A stretch of 64,000 bases of DNA from an uncultured Chloroflexia bacterium (GTDB lineage Bacteria; Chloroflexota; Limnocylindria; Limnocylindrales; CSP1-4), in NCBI GenBank assembly GCA_963734535.1, contig CAVTHS010000002.1, positions 160,001 through 224,000 on the forward strand. Reading direction: 5' to 3'. Numbering within the stretch: position 1 is the stretch's first letter; each line of letters opens with the position of its first letter. The notes below the pieces were generated by a model. It did no database searches. It had not been told where the DNA came from and saw only the letters and a list, made by a program, of their open reading frames with translations. A program made the position numbers and the translations under genes. Shown piece by piece: positions 1 through 13,859 of this stretch.

Positions 1-2
1 CG

Positions 3-95
3 GTCGAGGAGGAGCCGGCGGCGGCTGCACCGGACGCCGACCTGGCACCGGAGTCCGAGCCGGACGTCGCAGCGGAGCCGGCGCCGGAGGTCTAG
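3..95 (+). CDS. 3' end of upstream gene (acidic Ala/Pro/Glu-rich tail), partial
   Basis: Open frame VEEEPAAAAPDADLAPESEPDVAAEPAPEV ending TAG at 93-95 with GC3-rich codons. Confidence 0.55.
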   Translation, partial: VEEEPAAAAPDADLAPESEPDVAAEPAPEV

Positions 96-268
96 CCCTC
101 GGTCACGACACGTGCACGAGGCGCCTCGCCGGCAGTCGGCGGGGCGCCTCTCGATCTTGCGCCGATGTTTCGGGATCCGCCGGGCCGGCGTTGACGAACC
201 ACACCATGAACGAGAGCAACCAGCGCCGTTGGCCACTCTCGCTCCGCATGACCACCCTGGCTGGCGGA

Positions 269-296
269 TTGCAGGCCGGATGGGTCGTGCTAGCAT
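269..296 (+). promoter_or_regulatory. Putative sigma70 promoter for clpC
   Basis: TTGCAG, 16-nt spacer, TAGCAT with TG extended -10, about 45 nt before the ATG. Confidence 0.45.
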
Positions 297-341
297 GACC
301 CGCAGGGCGGTTGATGCCGCCAGAACGGACGTTCGATCTCG

Positions 342-2822
<2,481 letters not shown>

Positions 2823-2841
2823 CGCGGGGCCGACCCCGCGC

Positions 2842-4228
2842 GTGACCAAGACCCAGAGCCGCTACGTCTGCCAGGCCTGCGGCGACTCGTTCCTCCGCTG
2901 GGAGGGCCAGTGTCGCTCGTGCAGCGCGTGGAACACGCTGGTCGAGACGCTGGTCCGCGAAGCCACGCCCGCCTCCCGTCACCGTGTCGCGCCCTCCGCC
3001 GGGGCCGGCCCCGTCTCGCTCGCCGACCTCTCCGAGGCGGACGTCGTCCGGATCCCCGTTGGGATGGGCGAGCTCGACCGCGTCCTCGGCGGCGGCCTCG
3101 TTCCGGGCTCGCTCGTGCTCGTCGGGGGTGAACCGGGGATCGGCAAGTCGACCCTGCTCCTCCAGGCCGCGGCCGGCCTCTCGGCGCGTCGGGCCGGTCC
3201 TGTATGCGACCGGCGAGGAATCGGCCGCCCAGGTCCGCCTGCGGGCCGTCCGCCTCGGGCTCCTGGATGGTGCGGCCGGCGCCGCGGTCACCGTCTACGC
3301 GGAGAGCTCCGTGGAGCGGGTCGTCGAGGCCGCCCGCGCGGCACGGCCGGTCGTCCTGATCGTCGACTCGATCCAGACGGCCACCGTCGACGAGCTCGAA
3401 GGCCCGGCGGGGAGCGTGGGGCAGGTGCGCGAGGCGGCGCTCCGCTACATGGAGCTCGCCAAGGGCGACGGCATCGCCGTCCTCCTCGTCGGGCACGTGA
3501 CCAAGGAGGGCAGCCTCGCGGGCCCGAAGACCCTCGAACACGTCGTCGACGCCGTCCTGAGCGTGGAAGGCGACCGCTCGGGCGGCCTTCGGCTGGTGCG
3601 TGCGACGAAGAACCGCTTCGGATCCACCGAGGAGGTCGGCGTGCTCGAGATGGGCGAGCGCGGGTTGCGCGAGGTGCCGGACCCGGCGCGCGCCTTCCTC
3701 GTCGAGCATGACGTCACGGCACCCGGGAGTGTCGTCGGCGCCACGCTCGAGGGGTCTCGCGCGCTGCTCGTCGAGGTCCAGGCGCTGGTTGCGCCGACCG
3801 GCTACGGGACGCCGCGGCGGACGGCCATCGGGCTCGATCCGGGCCGGCTGGCGCTGCTGGTCGCCGTCCTCGCGCGGCGGGCCGGCATCGGCCTCGGCAG
3901 CCACGACGTCTACGCGAACCTCGCCGGCGGGCTGGCCGCGGACGACCCGGGCCTCGACCTCGCGGTGGCGCTCGCGCTCGCCTCCACCTTCCGGGATCGA
4001 CCGGTGGGGGCCGGGACGGTCGCAATCGGGGAGATCGGCCTGCTGGGCGAGCTGCGGCCGGTGGGCAGCCTCGAGCGCTGCCTCCGGGAAGCGGCACGGC
4101 TGGGGTTCACCCGTGCCCTGGTCCCGCCCGGTCGCGGCGCGCCACCGGAGATCCCGGGGATCGCGATGGTCACCGTGCGGACCGTTCGCGAGGCGCTCGA
4201 GGCCGCGCTGGACACGACCGGTGGCTGA
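2842..4228 (+). CDS. radA: DNA repair protein RadA/Sms (frameshift near 3187, probably a sequencing error)
   Basis: Zn finger CQACG..CRSC and GGEPGIGKST in one frame; KNRFG motif and Lon-like C-terminus in the next frame. Confidence 0.93.
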
Positions 4229-4254
4229 CACGGCCCGAGAGGCGGTGCTAGGCT
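4225..4254 (+). promoter_or_regulatory. Putative extended -10 promoter for yacL (leaderless or near-leaderless)
   Basis: CTGACA, 18-nt spacer, TAGGCT preceded by TGC; GTG start 8 nt after the -10; no SD sequence. Confidence 0.45.
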
Positions 4255-4262
4255 CACGGCCC

Positions 4263-5318
4263 GTGATTCGCATCATTCGGCTCCTCGGCGCAGCCCTCGG
4301 GCTCCTCGTCGGTCTCTCGTTCGTGGCCGGCAATGGGGGACCATTCGGCGATTCGACGTATGCCGGCGCGCTCATCGCGGCCTGGCTGGTCGCCTGGCTC
4401 GTGGTGGGCTTCGCGGTGCTGCCCTACCTGACCGTCGTGCCGGCCGGCTTGCTGATCAACGGCGTCCAGCGGCTGTCGACCGCGGAGTTCGTGACCGCGG
4501 TGCTCGGCCTGCTCCTGGGCCTGGTGATGGGGCTCCTCCTCGGCCTGCCGCTGGCCGCGGTGCCCGCCCCCCTGGGGACGTGGCTGCCGCTGGGCGTCTC
4601 GGTCTTCCTGGGGCTTGGCATGTCCGGCCTGACGGTCGCGAAGCGCAACGACCTGATCCTGGCAACGGAGGCGATCGGGATCTTCCGACGCCCGACGCCC
4701 GAGGACGTGCCGCGGGCGAACGAGCCACAGGTGGCGGTCGACACGAGCGCGATCATCGACGGCCGGATCGCCGACATCGCGGAAGCCGGCTTCCTCCAGG
4801 GGACGCTGGTCGTCTCGCGCGTCGTGCTCGACGAGCTGCAGCGAATCGCCGACAACGCCGATACGCTGCGCCGCAACCGCGGTCGGCGGGGCCTGGAGAT
4901 CCTGTCCCGCCTCCAGAAGGACTCCCGCGTGAACGTCGAGATCGTCGAGGACACGTTTCCCGAGATCAGCGAGGTTGACGCGAAGCTGGTCGCGTTGGCT
5001 CGCTCGCGGAGCGGCGTGATCCTCACGAACGACTTCAACCTGAACCGGGTGGCCGAGATCCAGGGCGTTCGCGTCATGAACGTCAACTCGCTGGCCAATG
5101 CCCTCAAGCCTGCCGTCCTGCCCGGCGAGGATCTCCGGGTTCGCGTGATCCAGGAAGGGAAGGAGGCCGGGCAGGGCGTCGGCTTCCTCGACGACGGGAC
5201 GATGATCGTGGTGGAGGGCGGCGCGCGGCACCTCGACCGCGAGATCGACGTCGGGGTCACGCGCGTGCTCCAGACCGTCGCGGGACGCATGATCTTCGCC
5301 CTGCCCAAGCAGGAGTGA
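4263..5318 (+). CDS. yacL: Membrane PIN/TRAM domain protein (YacL family)
   Basis: N-terminal TM helices, PIN motif VDTSAIIDGRI, TNDFNLN, TRAM region GKEAGQGVGFLDDGTMIVVE; lies between radA and ispD. Confidence 0.9.
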   Translation: MIRIIRLLGAALGLLVGLSFVAGNGGPFGDSTYAGALIAAWLVAWLVVGFAVLPYLTVVPAGLLINGVQRLSTAEFVTAVLGLLLGLVMGLLLGLPLAAVPAPLGTWLPLGVSVFLGLGMSGLTVAKRNDLILATEAIGIFRRPTPEDVPRANEPQVAVDTSAIIDGRIADIAEAGFLQGTLVVSRVVLDELQRIADNADTLRRNRGRRGLEILSRLQKDSRVNVEIVEDTFPEISEVDAKLVALARSRSGVILTNDFNLNRVAEIQGVRVMNVNSLANALKPAVLPGEDLRVRVIQEGKEAGQGVGFLDDGTMIVVEGGARHLDREIDVGVTRVLQTVAGRMIFALPKQE

Positions 5319-5363
5319 GCGGTCGCGGCGGCCAGGTCCCGCTGGGTCCGACCCGGCGCCGAC

Positions 5364-6546
5364 GTGATCGTCGTGGCGGCCGGAGCGAGCTCCCGGATGG
5401 GCGGGGTGGACAAGCTCTCCGCCGCGGTCGGCGGACGGCCGTTGCTGGCCTGGACCCTTGACGCCCTTTCGCGCTCGTCGAGCGTGTCGCGGGTGGTCGT
5501 CGTCACCGCGACGGACCGGATCCCCGGGATCGCGGGGGCGTCCTGGCTGCCCGACGCGGTGTGCGCGGTCGTGGCGGGTGGCGCACGGCGGCAGGACTCG
5601 GTTGCCGCCGGTGTCGCCGCGCTGGCGGACGGCCCGGCCGACGGGGTGATCCTGGTTCACGACGGTGCACGCCCGCTCGTGTCGCCGGCCCTGGTCGACG
5701 CGGTCGCCGGGGCCGCCGCCGAGCATGGCGCCGCGATCCCGGTGCTGCCGGTGGTCGATACGCTGAAGCGCGTCGAGCTCGGGCGCGTCACCGGCACCGT
5801 CGAGCGGATGGGCCTCGTCGCCGCGCAGACTCCCCAGGGCGTCCGGCGCGACCTCCTCGCGGCTGCCTATGCGGCCTTCCCGCCCGACGGGCCGGAGACG
5901 TGGACCGACGAGGCCGCCCTGCTCGAGGCCTGTAGAATCCCGGTCCATGCGATCCCCGGCGAATACGGCCAACCTCAAGGTGACCCTGCCCGACGATCTC
6001 CGGCGGGTGGAGAGGGCCCTGGTCGATTCCGGCCGGATCGCGGTCTCGTCTCGCGCACCCGGGGCCGTGCGCGTGGGCATCGGCGACGACGGACACTCCT
6101 TCGGCCCCGGCGCCCCGCTGGCCCTCGGGGGCATCTCCATCGACGGGGCGCCGCGCCTCCACGGCCATTCGGACGGGGACGTGGTGCTCCACGCCGTCTG
6201 CGACGCGCTCCTCGGCGCTGCAGGGCTTGGCGACCTCGGCCGGATCTATCCGCCCGGCCCGGCGACACCCGCCGGGATCGCGAGCGCCGCGCTGCTGACC
6301 GGGTGCCTCGGCCGGGTGCGCGAAGCGGGCCTGGTTCCGCTCTCCGTGGACGTGACGATCGTGGCTGCGCGGCCGCGACTGGCTGCCAGGCTGCCCGGGA
6401 TGCGCGACGCGATCGCGCGCCTGCTCGCGTTGCCGGTCGACCGGGTGAACGTCAAGGCGTCGACGGGGAACCTGGGGGGCTGGGAAGGGGCAGGCCGCGG
6501 CATCTCTGCCCGCGCCGTGGCCGTCGTCGGGGAGGCGCCCGGGTGA
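5364..6546 (+). CDS. ispDF: Bifunctional IspD/IspF (frameshift near 5965)
   Basis: IspD motifs AAGASSRMGGVDK, HDGARP, QTPQ, TDEA; NLKVT continues in the shifted frame into IspF motifs GHSDGDVVLHA, GDLG, NVKAST. Confidence 0.88.
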
Positions 6547-7962
6547 CGGTTCGGCTCCATGACACCCTGACCGGGGAGCTGCAGGCGCTGGACCCGCTCG
6601 AGGCCGGGCACGTCCGGATCTACTCGTGCGGCCCGACGGTCTACGGACCCGCCCACGTCGGGAACTTCCGTTCGTTCCTCTTCGCGGACGTGCTCGTGCG
6701 CTACCTGCGGTGGCGGGGCTACCGGGTCACGTGGGTCATGAACCTGACGGACGTGGACGACAAGATCATCCGGGGCGCGGCGTCCGAGGGAATCGGCATC
6801 GAGGCGCTCGCGGCCCGCCACATCGAGGGGTTCCTCGCCGACGCGGCGACGCTCCGGATGACAACCCCGGACGAGTTGCCGCGGGCGACCGCCCACATCC
6901 CGCAGATGGTCGACGCTGGTCGAGACGCTCCTCGAGCGGGGCCACGCGTACCGGACCGACGACGGCTCCGTCTTCTTCCGAATCGCCTCGTGGCCGGCCT
7001 ATGGGCGCCTGGCGCGGCTTGATCCGGACGCGATGCGGGTCGGCGAGCGGGTGGCCGCCGACGAGTACTCGAAGGACGATGCGCGTGACTTCGTCCTCTG
7101 GAAGGCGGCAAAGCCCGGCGAGCCCAGCTGGGACACGGCCGTCGGGTCGGGGCGGCCCGGCTGGCACCTCGAGTGCTCGGCGATGAGCATGGCCTACCTG
7201 GGCAGCTCGTTCGACATCCATACCGGCGGCGTGGACCTCGTCTTCCCGCACCACGAGGACGAGATCGCCCAGTCGGAGGCCGCCACCGGCGTGCCGTTCG
7301 TGCGGACCTGGCTCCACTGCGCCCATCTCCAGATGGGTGGTCGCAAGATGGCCAAGTCGGAGGGCAACATCGCCGGCGTCTCCGAGCTCCTGGCGAGCGG
7401 CCTGGAGCCCCGCGCGCTGCGGTACTCGCTCATCGCGGCCCACTACCGCACGGGCCTCAGCTTCAGCGACGAATCGACCGGCGCCGCGGCCGCGGCGGTC
7501 GCCCGCCTGGACGCGTTCGTCGCCGCCCTTGCGGACGTATGCCGCACGATGTGCCCGACGACCCGGGTCTCCCGCCCGTGATCGGGGCGGCCCGGGAGGC
7601 ATTCGCGGCCGCGATGGACGACGACCTCGGGATATCGGCCGCCCTCGCGGCCGTCTTCGAGCTCGTCCGCGACGTGAACCGGCGGATCGCGACCCGGACC
7701 ATCTCCACGGCCGACGCCCGGCGCGCCCTTGACGCGCTGCGCGATCTCGACCGGGTTCTCGGCGTGCTGCCAGATGCCGGAGAGCCCGCGCTCGAGGCCG
7801 ATCTCGCCGAGCTGCTCGACCTCCGCGCGACCGCGCGCGCCGCCCGTGACTGGGCCGCCTCGGATCGCCTGCGGGACGAGCTGGCCGCCCGGGGGATCGC
7901 CGTGGAGGACTCGACGGGACGGGCAGCGCTGGCGTCGCATCGGGCTGCCGTCGGGTGCCTGA
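6543..7962 (+). CDS. cysS: Cysteine--tRNA ligase (three frameshifts near 6914, 7545 and 7915)
   Basis: YSCGPTVY, HVGN, GRPGWHLECSAM, FPHHEDEIAQSE, KMAKS and SDRLRDEL motifs spread across successive frames. Confidence 0.93.
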
Positions 7963-9400
7963 GCCGCCGGACCCGCGTCGACCCCGGGGCGACGACGGGC
8001 CGCCCTGGCGCAAGGAAGGGCGTCACGATCGATCCCGGTGGCCCGGCGGGGGCGGTCCCGCGGGCCGACCCCCGGCCGGTCGCGGTGAACCGGGCCGGAT
8101 CGGGGGACCCGGCCGGACCGGTGAAGCCCGCCGGACCAACGGACCTGGCCGACCGGGCGGCAGCGACGGATCGAGCAGACCCGGCGGCAGCGGCGAAGGG
8201 ACCGAACCGGGCCGGACCGCGCCTGCCGGTCGTCCGGGAGTCGGCGACGGACATGCCCGGCGAGGCCCCGAGCGCGAGTGGCAGGACCGCCCGGGGTTCG
8301 GCGGGCCCTCCCGCCCCGGGTTCCGTCCGCCGGCCCGCCCCGGGTTCGGCGCGCCGTCCGCCCGGGTTCGGGCGCCGTCCCGCCCGGAGCGGCCGGCCCA
8401 TGGGCACCTGCCCGCCGAAGGTGACGCGACGCAGGCGGGTCAGCCCGGCCCGGCGTCGAGTCACGTTCCGCGCCCGGCGTTCACGCCCGGTCCCCGGGTC
8501 GGTGCTCGACCGCCGCGAGCGTTCGATGGCGCCCGGCCCTGGCCCGCGGTCCGGGGAGCCCAGCGTCCCTCCGGGGCGGCGCTCGTCATGGCGGACGACG
8601 AGGAGCTCGTGGCCGGGCGGCGCCCGGTGGAGGAAGCGTTCGTGGCCGGCCGTGCCGCCCGCCGCCTGCTCGTCACGCCCCAACGGCGCGACGCGCTCGA
8701 ACGGCTGGTGCTCCACGCGACCGCCTTGCGGATCCCGATCGTGGAGGTCGAGGGTGGCACCCTGACCGCGACCGCCGGCTTCGATGGGCACCAGGGCGTG
8801 GCCCTCGTGGTGGAGGCCCGACGTTTCGCGGCCCCGGACGAGATCCTCGCCCGCGCGATCGGGCGCGACGCCGCGCCGTTCGTCCTCGCCCTCGACTCCC
8901 TCGAGGATCCGCAGAATCTCGGCTCGCTGCTGCGGAGCGCCGAGGCGGCCGGCGTCGACGGCGTGCTGTTCCCGACGCGCCGCCAGGCTCCGCTCAGCCC
9001 GGCTGCGGTCAAGGCGTCCGCGGGTGCCACCGAGCACCTGCTCCTCGCGCCGGTCGACGACCTGGCGGCCGCGCTCGCGGGGCTCCACCTGCGGGGGCTC
9101 CGGATCGTGGGCGCAGACGCGGATGCCGCCCTGACCTACCGCGAGGCGGACCTTCGCGGCCCGCTCGTGCTGGTCGTGGGCAGCGAGGGACGCGGTCTCG
9201 CGCCGCCGATCCGGCGTCGCTGCGACCTTCTCATCCGGATCCCGATGCGCGGCCGGATCGCCTCGCTGAATGCCGCGGTGGCAGGCTCGATCCTCGTCTT
9301 CGAGGCGGCCATGCAGCGCGGCGGGCCGGAGGCACTGCCCGTGTCCGGCCCCGCGGCCGCCGGCGGTGTGCCCGCAGCCCGGCCCGGCGGACGTCGGTGA
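7955..9400 (+). CDS. rlmB: 23S rRNA Gm2251 methyltransferase RlmB (TrmH/SPOUT) with long disordered N-terminus; both ends uncertain
   Basis: HQGV, LDSLEDPQNLGSLLRSA, KASAGA, VGSEGRG, IPMRGRIASLNAAVA; follows cysS. Confidence 0.88.
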   Translation: MPEPPDPRRPRGDDGPPWRKEGRHDRSRWPGGGGPAGRPPAGRGEPGRIGGPGRTGEARRTNGPGRPGGSDGSSRPGGSGEGTEPGRTAPAGRPGVGDGHARRGPEREWQDRPGFGGPSRPGFRPPARPGFGAPSARVRAPSRPERPAHGHLPAEGDATQAGQPGPASSHVPRPAFTPGPRVGARPPRAFDGARPWPAVRGAQRPSGAALVMADDEELVAGRRPVEEAFVAGRAARRLLVTPQRRDALERLVLHATALRIPIVEVEGGTLTATAGFDGHQGVALVVEARRFAAPDEILARAIGRDAAPFVLALDSLEDPQNLGSLLRSAEAAGVDGVLFPTRRQAPLSPAAVKASAGATEHLLLAPVDDLAAALAGLHLRGLRIVGADADAALTYREADLRGPLVLVVGSEGRGLAPPIRRRCDLLIRIPMRGRIASLNAAVAGSILVFEAAMQRGGPEALPVSGPAAAGGVPAARPGGRR

Positions 9401-9513
9401 CGCGCAACCCGGGGTGGTCGATCCGGGCGCCGCCGCGCTCCCCTGGGACGCTCCGCCCTCCGCTCCGCCCGACGACGCGATGCCCGGCTGACCGCTGCCC
9501 GTGGAGGCCACGC

Positions 9514-9543
9514 TTGACCGCGATCGTGGCCGCCGCCTATGAT
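9514..9543 (+). promoter_or_regulatory. sigma70 promoter of the tRNA-tuf operon
   Basis: TTGACC, 18-nt spacer, TATGAT, then a GC-rich discriminator GGCCGCCGC. Confidence 0.65.
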
Positions 9544-9587
9544 GGCCGCCGCGCCTCGGAGACGACTGCGGTGTTCTCCTGCGCCTT

Positions 9588-9663
9588 GCCGACGTAGCTC
9601 AATTGGTAGAGCAGCGGTTTTGTAAACCGCCGGTTCCGGGTTCGAGTCCCGTCGTCGGCTCCA
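9588..9663 (+). tRNA. tRNA-Thr(UGU)
   Basis: 76-nt cloverleaf, anticodon arm GCGGT-TTTGTAA-ACCGC, GGTTCGAGTCC, encoded CCA. Confidence 0.96.
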
Positions 9664-9726
9664 ATTGAAGACGTCGGCCGGGCGCACCACGGAGCCGCAG
9701 CTCCCGTTCGACCGCGCGGTTCCGGT

Positions 9727-9811
9727 GGGTAGGTTGAGCAGGTGGTGAGCTCAGCTGACTGTAAATCAGCCGTCAACGACTGTAGAGGTTCGATTCCTCT
9801 CCTGCCCACCA
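9727..9811 (+). tRNA. tRNA-Tyr(GUA)
   Basis: Acceptor stem GGGTAGG/CCTGCCC, anticodon arm GCTGA-CTGTAAA-TCAGC, long variable arm, ACCA end. Confidence 0.93.
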
Positions 9812-9835
9812 TCAACCCCGCGACTCCGGTCCGGG

Positions 9836-9911
<76 letters not shown>

Positions 9912-9956
9912 GCAACCTTGTTTGGCCCCGTCCATAGGTAGCAGGTAGACGCGCAC

Positions 9957-11153
<1,197 letters not shown>

Positions 11154-11157
11154 CCCG

Positions 11158-11325
11158 ATGCCGAAAGCAGCCGATCACCGGCCGATTGTTCAGCTCGCCT
11201 GTACCGAGTGCAAGGAGCGGACGTACACCACGCGCAAGAACAAGAGGAACGATCCCAACCGGATCGAGCTTCGGAAGTACTGCCCGCGGGACCGCCGCCA
11301 CACCCTGCATCGCGAGGCGAAGTAG
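11158..11325 (+). CDS. rpmG: 50S ribosomal protein L33
   Basis: Hand translation [55 protein letters not shown] (below the ORF-track cutoff). Confidence 0.95.
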   Translation: MPKAADHRPIVQLACTECKERTYTTRKNKRNDPNRIELRKYCPRDRRHTLHREAK

Positions 11326-11338
11326 CAGGGGGATCCAC

Positions 11339-11414
11339 AGGGGCGTAGCTCAATTGGCAGAGCACCGGTCTCCAAAACCGGTGGTTGTAGGTTCGAGTCC
11401 TATCGCCCCTGCCA
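11339..11414 (+). tRNA. tRNA-Trp(CCA)
   Basis: Acceptor stem AGGGGCG/CGCCCCT, CCGGT-CTCCAAA-ACCGG, CCA end; typical position before secE. Confidence 0.96.
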
Positions 11415-11455
11415 GCCTTTCGACCCCACCTACCAGGGAAGTGCAGTAGCCCATC

Positions 11456-11644
11456 GTGCGACGCATCCGTCGGTTCATCGATGAATCGTGGTCCGAACTC
11501 AAGAAGGTCTCCTGGCCCACGCGCGACCAGGTCCGCAACCTGACCGTGCTCGTCTTCGCGGTGAGCGCGGCGATCGGCCTGTTCATCGCGGCCTGGGACT
11601 TCGTGTTCACCGAAGCGGTCCGGCTCATCACGCCGGCGGCATAG
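11456..11644 (+). CDS. secE: Preprotein translocase subunit SecE
   Basis: [10 protein letters not shown] motif plus one TM helix; upstream of nusG. Confidence 0.93.
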   Translation: MRRIRRFIDESWSELKKVSWPTRDQVRNLTVLVFAVSAAIGLFIAAWDFVFTEAVRLITPAA

Positions 11645-11654
11645 GGGGACGCTG

Positions 11655-12218
11655 ATGACCGAGATGGTCCGGGCCCCCGAGAAGCGCTGGTTCGTGATTC
11701 ACACGTACTCGGGCTATGAGAACAAGGTCAAGGCGAACCTCGAGCACCGCATCGAGTCGATGGGCATGGAGGACAAGATCTTCCAGGTGCTCGTCCCGAT
11801 GGAGGACGAGATCGAGATCAAGCAGGGCCAGCGGCACACCGTCCAGAAGAAGGTGTTCCCCGGCTACGTCCTCGTGGAGATGATCTACGACCCCGAGTCC
11901 TGGTACGTCGTCCGGAACACGCCGGGCGTCACGAGCTTCGTCGGCACCGGGAACATCCCGGGCAGCCGCAGCGAGCCGATCCCGCTCGAGGAGCACGAGG
12001 TCAAGCAGATCCTGCGCCAGATGGGCGTGGAGACGCCGAAGTACCGCGTCGCGTTCACCAAGGGCCAGAGCGTCCGGGTGACCGACGGGCCGTTCGCCGA
12101 GTTCGTCGGCACGGTCGACGAGGTCGACCCGGAACGCAACAAGGTCAAGGTCCTCGTCAGCATCTTCGGCCGCGAGACCCCCGTCGAGCTCGACCTTCTC
12201 CAGGTCGAGAAGCTCTGA
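11655..12218 (+). CDS. nusG: Transcription elongation factor NusG
   Basis: [43 protein letters not shown]. Confidence 0.98.
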   Translation: MTEMVRAPEKRWFVIHTYSGYENKVKANLEHRIESMGMEDKIFQVLVPMEDEIEIKQGQRHTVQKKVFPGYVLVEMIYDPESWYVVRNTPGVTSFVGTGNIPGSRSEPIPLEEHEVKQILRQMGVETPKYRVAFTKGQSVRVTDGPFAEFVGTVDEVDPERNKVKVLVSIFGRETPVELDLLQVEKL

Positions 12219-12239
12219 TCGAAAGGAACATCGGCCACC

Positions 12240-12665
12240 GTGGCGAAGAAGATCCGAATCGTCCTGACCCTCCAGCTGCCGGCCGGCAAGGCCACCCCGG
12301 CGCCGCCCGTCGGCACCGCGCTGGGCCCCCACGGCATCAACATCATCGAGTTCACCAAGAGCTATAACGAGAAGACCGCCGACAAGGCGGGCCAGATCAT
12401 CCCGGCCCAGATCACGGTCTTCGAGGACCGCTCCTTCACCTTCATCCTGAAGACGCCGCCGGCCGCCGACCTGCTCCGCAAGGCAGCCGGCATCGACAAG
12501 GGCGCCGCGACCACGAGCCGCGAGACCGCCGGGCGCGTGACCCGCGACCAGGTCCGCGAGATCGCCGGCCAGAAGCTCGCCGACCTCAACGCGAACGACA
12601 TCGAGGCCGCCATGCGGCAGGTCGAGGGGACGGCGCGGAGCATGGGCATCGAGGTCGTCGGCTAG
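12240..12665 (+). CDS. rplK: 50S ribosomal protein L11
   Basis: [22 protein letters not shown]. Confidence 0.98.
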   Translation: MAKKIRIVLTLQLPAGKATPAPPVGTALGPHGINIIEFTKSYNEKTADKAGQIIPAQITVFEDRSFTFILKTPPAADLLRKAAGIDKGAATTSRETAGRVTRDQVREIAGQKLADLNANDIEAAMRQVEGTARSMGIEVVG

Positions 12666-12740
12666 CGCCGGCAACCGAGGTCGTCGGCGAGCCCGACGAC
12701 GACGCGTTCCGGCCGCGCTCGAGCCGGACGAGGACCCCGC

Positions 12741-12780
12741 GTCACGGGGGAGGCCGGAACGCCGGCCGCCAGCACGAGGA
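12741..12780 (+). promoter_or_regulatory. Putative L1-binding autoregulatory RNA between rplK and rplA
   Basis: GGGAG followed by hairpin GCCGG-AACG-CCGGC just upstream of the rplA SD; resembles L1 leader architecture. Confidence 0.45.
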
Positions 12781-12787
12781 GCCAGGC

Positions 12788-13498
12788 ATGGCCCAGCACG
12801 GCAAGAAGTATCGCGAGGCATTCGGCCTGATCGACCGGACCCGGGCCTACCCGCCCGCCGAGGCGGTCGACCTGGTCAAGCAGACCTCGATCGTCAACTT
12901 CGATCCCTCGGTGGAGGCGCACCTCCGCCTCGGCGTCGACCCGCGCCACGCCGACCAGATGGTCCGCGGCACGGTCGTCCTCCCCCACGGGACCGGCAAG
13001 GTCGTCCGCGTGGCCGTCTTCGCCCAGGGCGAGAAGGCCCAGGAAGCGCTTCGCGCCGGCGCGGACGAGGTGGGCGGCGAGGACCTCGTCAAGAAGATCG
13101 AGGGTGGCTGGCTCGAGTTCGACGTCGCGGTCGCGACGCCGGACATGATGGGGATGGTCGGCAAGCTGGGCCGCATCCTCGGCCGGCGCGGCCTCATGCC
13201 GAACCCCAAGGCGGGCACGGTCACGTTCGACGTGGAGCGGGCGATCAACGAGGTGAAGGCCGGTCGGGTCGAGTACAAGGTCGACAAGTCCGGGATCATC
13301 CACGTGCCCGTGGGCAAGGCCAGCTTCGAGGCGGCCGCGCTGGTCGCGAACCTGGCCGTCCTCCTGGACGCGATCAACCGGGCGAAGCCGGCGGGGGCGA
13401 AGGGAACCTACCTCAAGGGTCTCACGATCGCCAGCACCATGAGCCCTGGCGTCCGCGTGGACCTGCCGGGCCTGCTCGCGGTCGCCAACGCCGCCTGA
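12788..13498 (+). CDS. rplA: 50S ribosomal protein L1
   Basis: [26 protein letters not shown]. Confidence 0.98.
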   Translation: MAQHGKKYREAFGLIDRTRAYPPAEAVDLVKQTSIVNFDPSVEAHLRLGVDPRHADQMVRGTVVLPHGTGKVVRVAVFAQGEKAQEALRAGADEVGGEDLVKKIEGGWLEFDVAVATPDMMGMVGKLGRILGRRGLMPNPKAGTVTFDVERAINEVKAGRVEYKVDKSGIIHVPVGKASFEAAALVANLAVLLDAINRAKPAGAKGTYLKGLTIASTMSPGVRVDLPGLLAVANAA

Positions 13499-13544
13499 GC
13501 GCCACCTCATCGCCGGCGCACGTCGCGCCGGCAGGCTGTACCAT

Positions 13545-13859
13545 CACACGCCGCGGCGCCCGAGAGGCGCGTCGCACAGCACACAGACGGACCGCCGCAG
13601 ACAGCCTGCGCCCGCGGACCGGAGCCCGATCACTCGGGAGGCCGGTCGGGGCTTGATCCGTCGGACCGGATCGGACGCCCGCAGCATCGGGCAGCCGGGG
13701 ACGCCGACGAGCACGCCGAGGCAGGTCTCCGACCGCGAGCCCTCACCCGGAGGCCCCGCTGCGGACCCTGCAGGACGCGAGGAAGCACCGTCAGGCAGGG
13801 GATCCCGCCGGGTGGATCCGCCGGGCGCGCCGGACGCGCGCAGCGCAGCAGAGGGCCCT
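13545..13859 (+). ncRNA. rplJ (L10) leader-like structured RNA, expanded
   Basis: CCGCAGACAG core (13595-13604) and GCAGG..CGAGG partner (13770-13782) in a 361-nt spacer; possible -10 TACCAT at 13539. Confidence 0.5.

Noticed and set aside
5364-7022. IspD-CysS fusion suggested by the ORF track
   Set aside because: Produced by the ispDF frameshift; cysS has its own GTG at 6543 overlapping the ispF stop.
9664-9726. Possible degenerate tRNA in the Thr-Tyr spacer (contains GTTCGAC)
   Set aside because: No T-stem, acceptor or anticodon pairing could be built around it.
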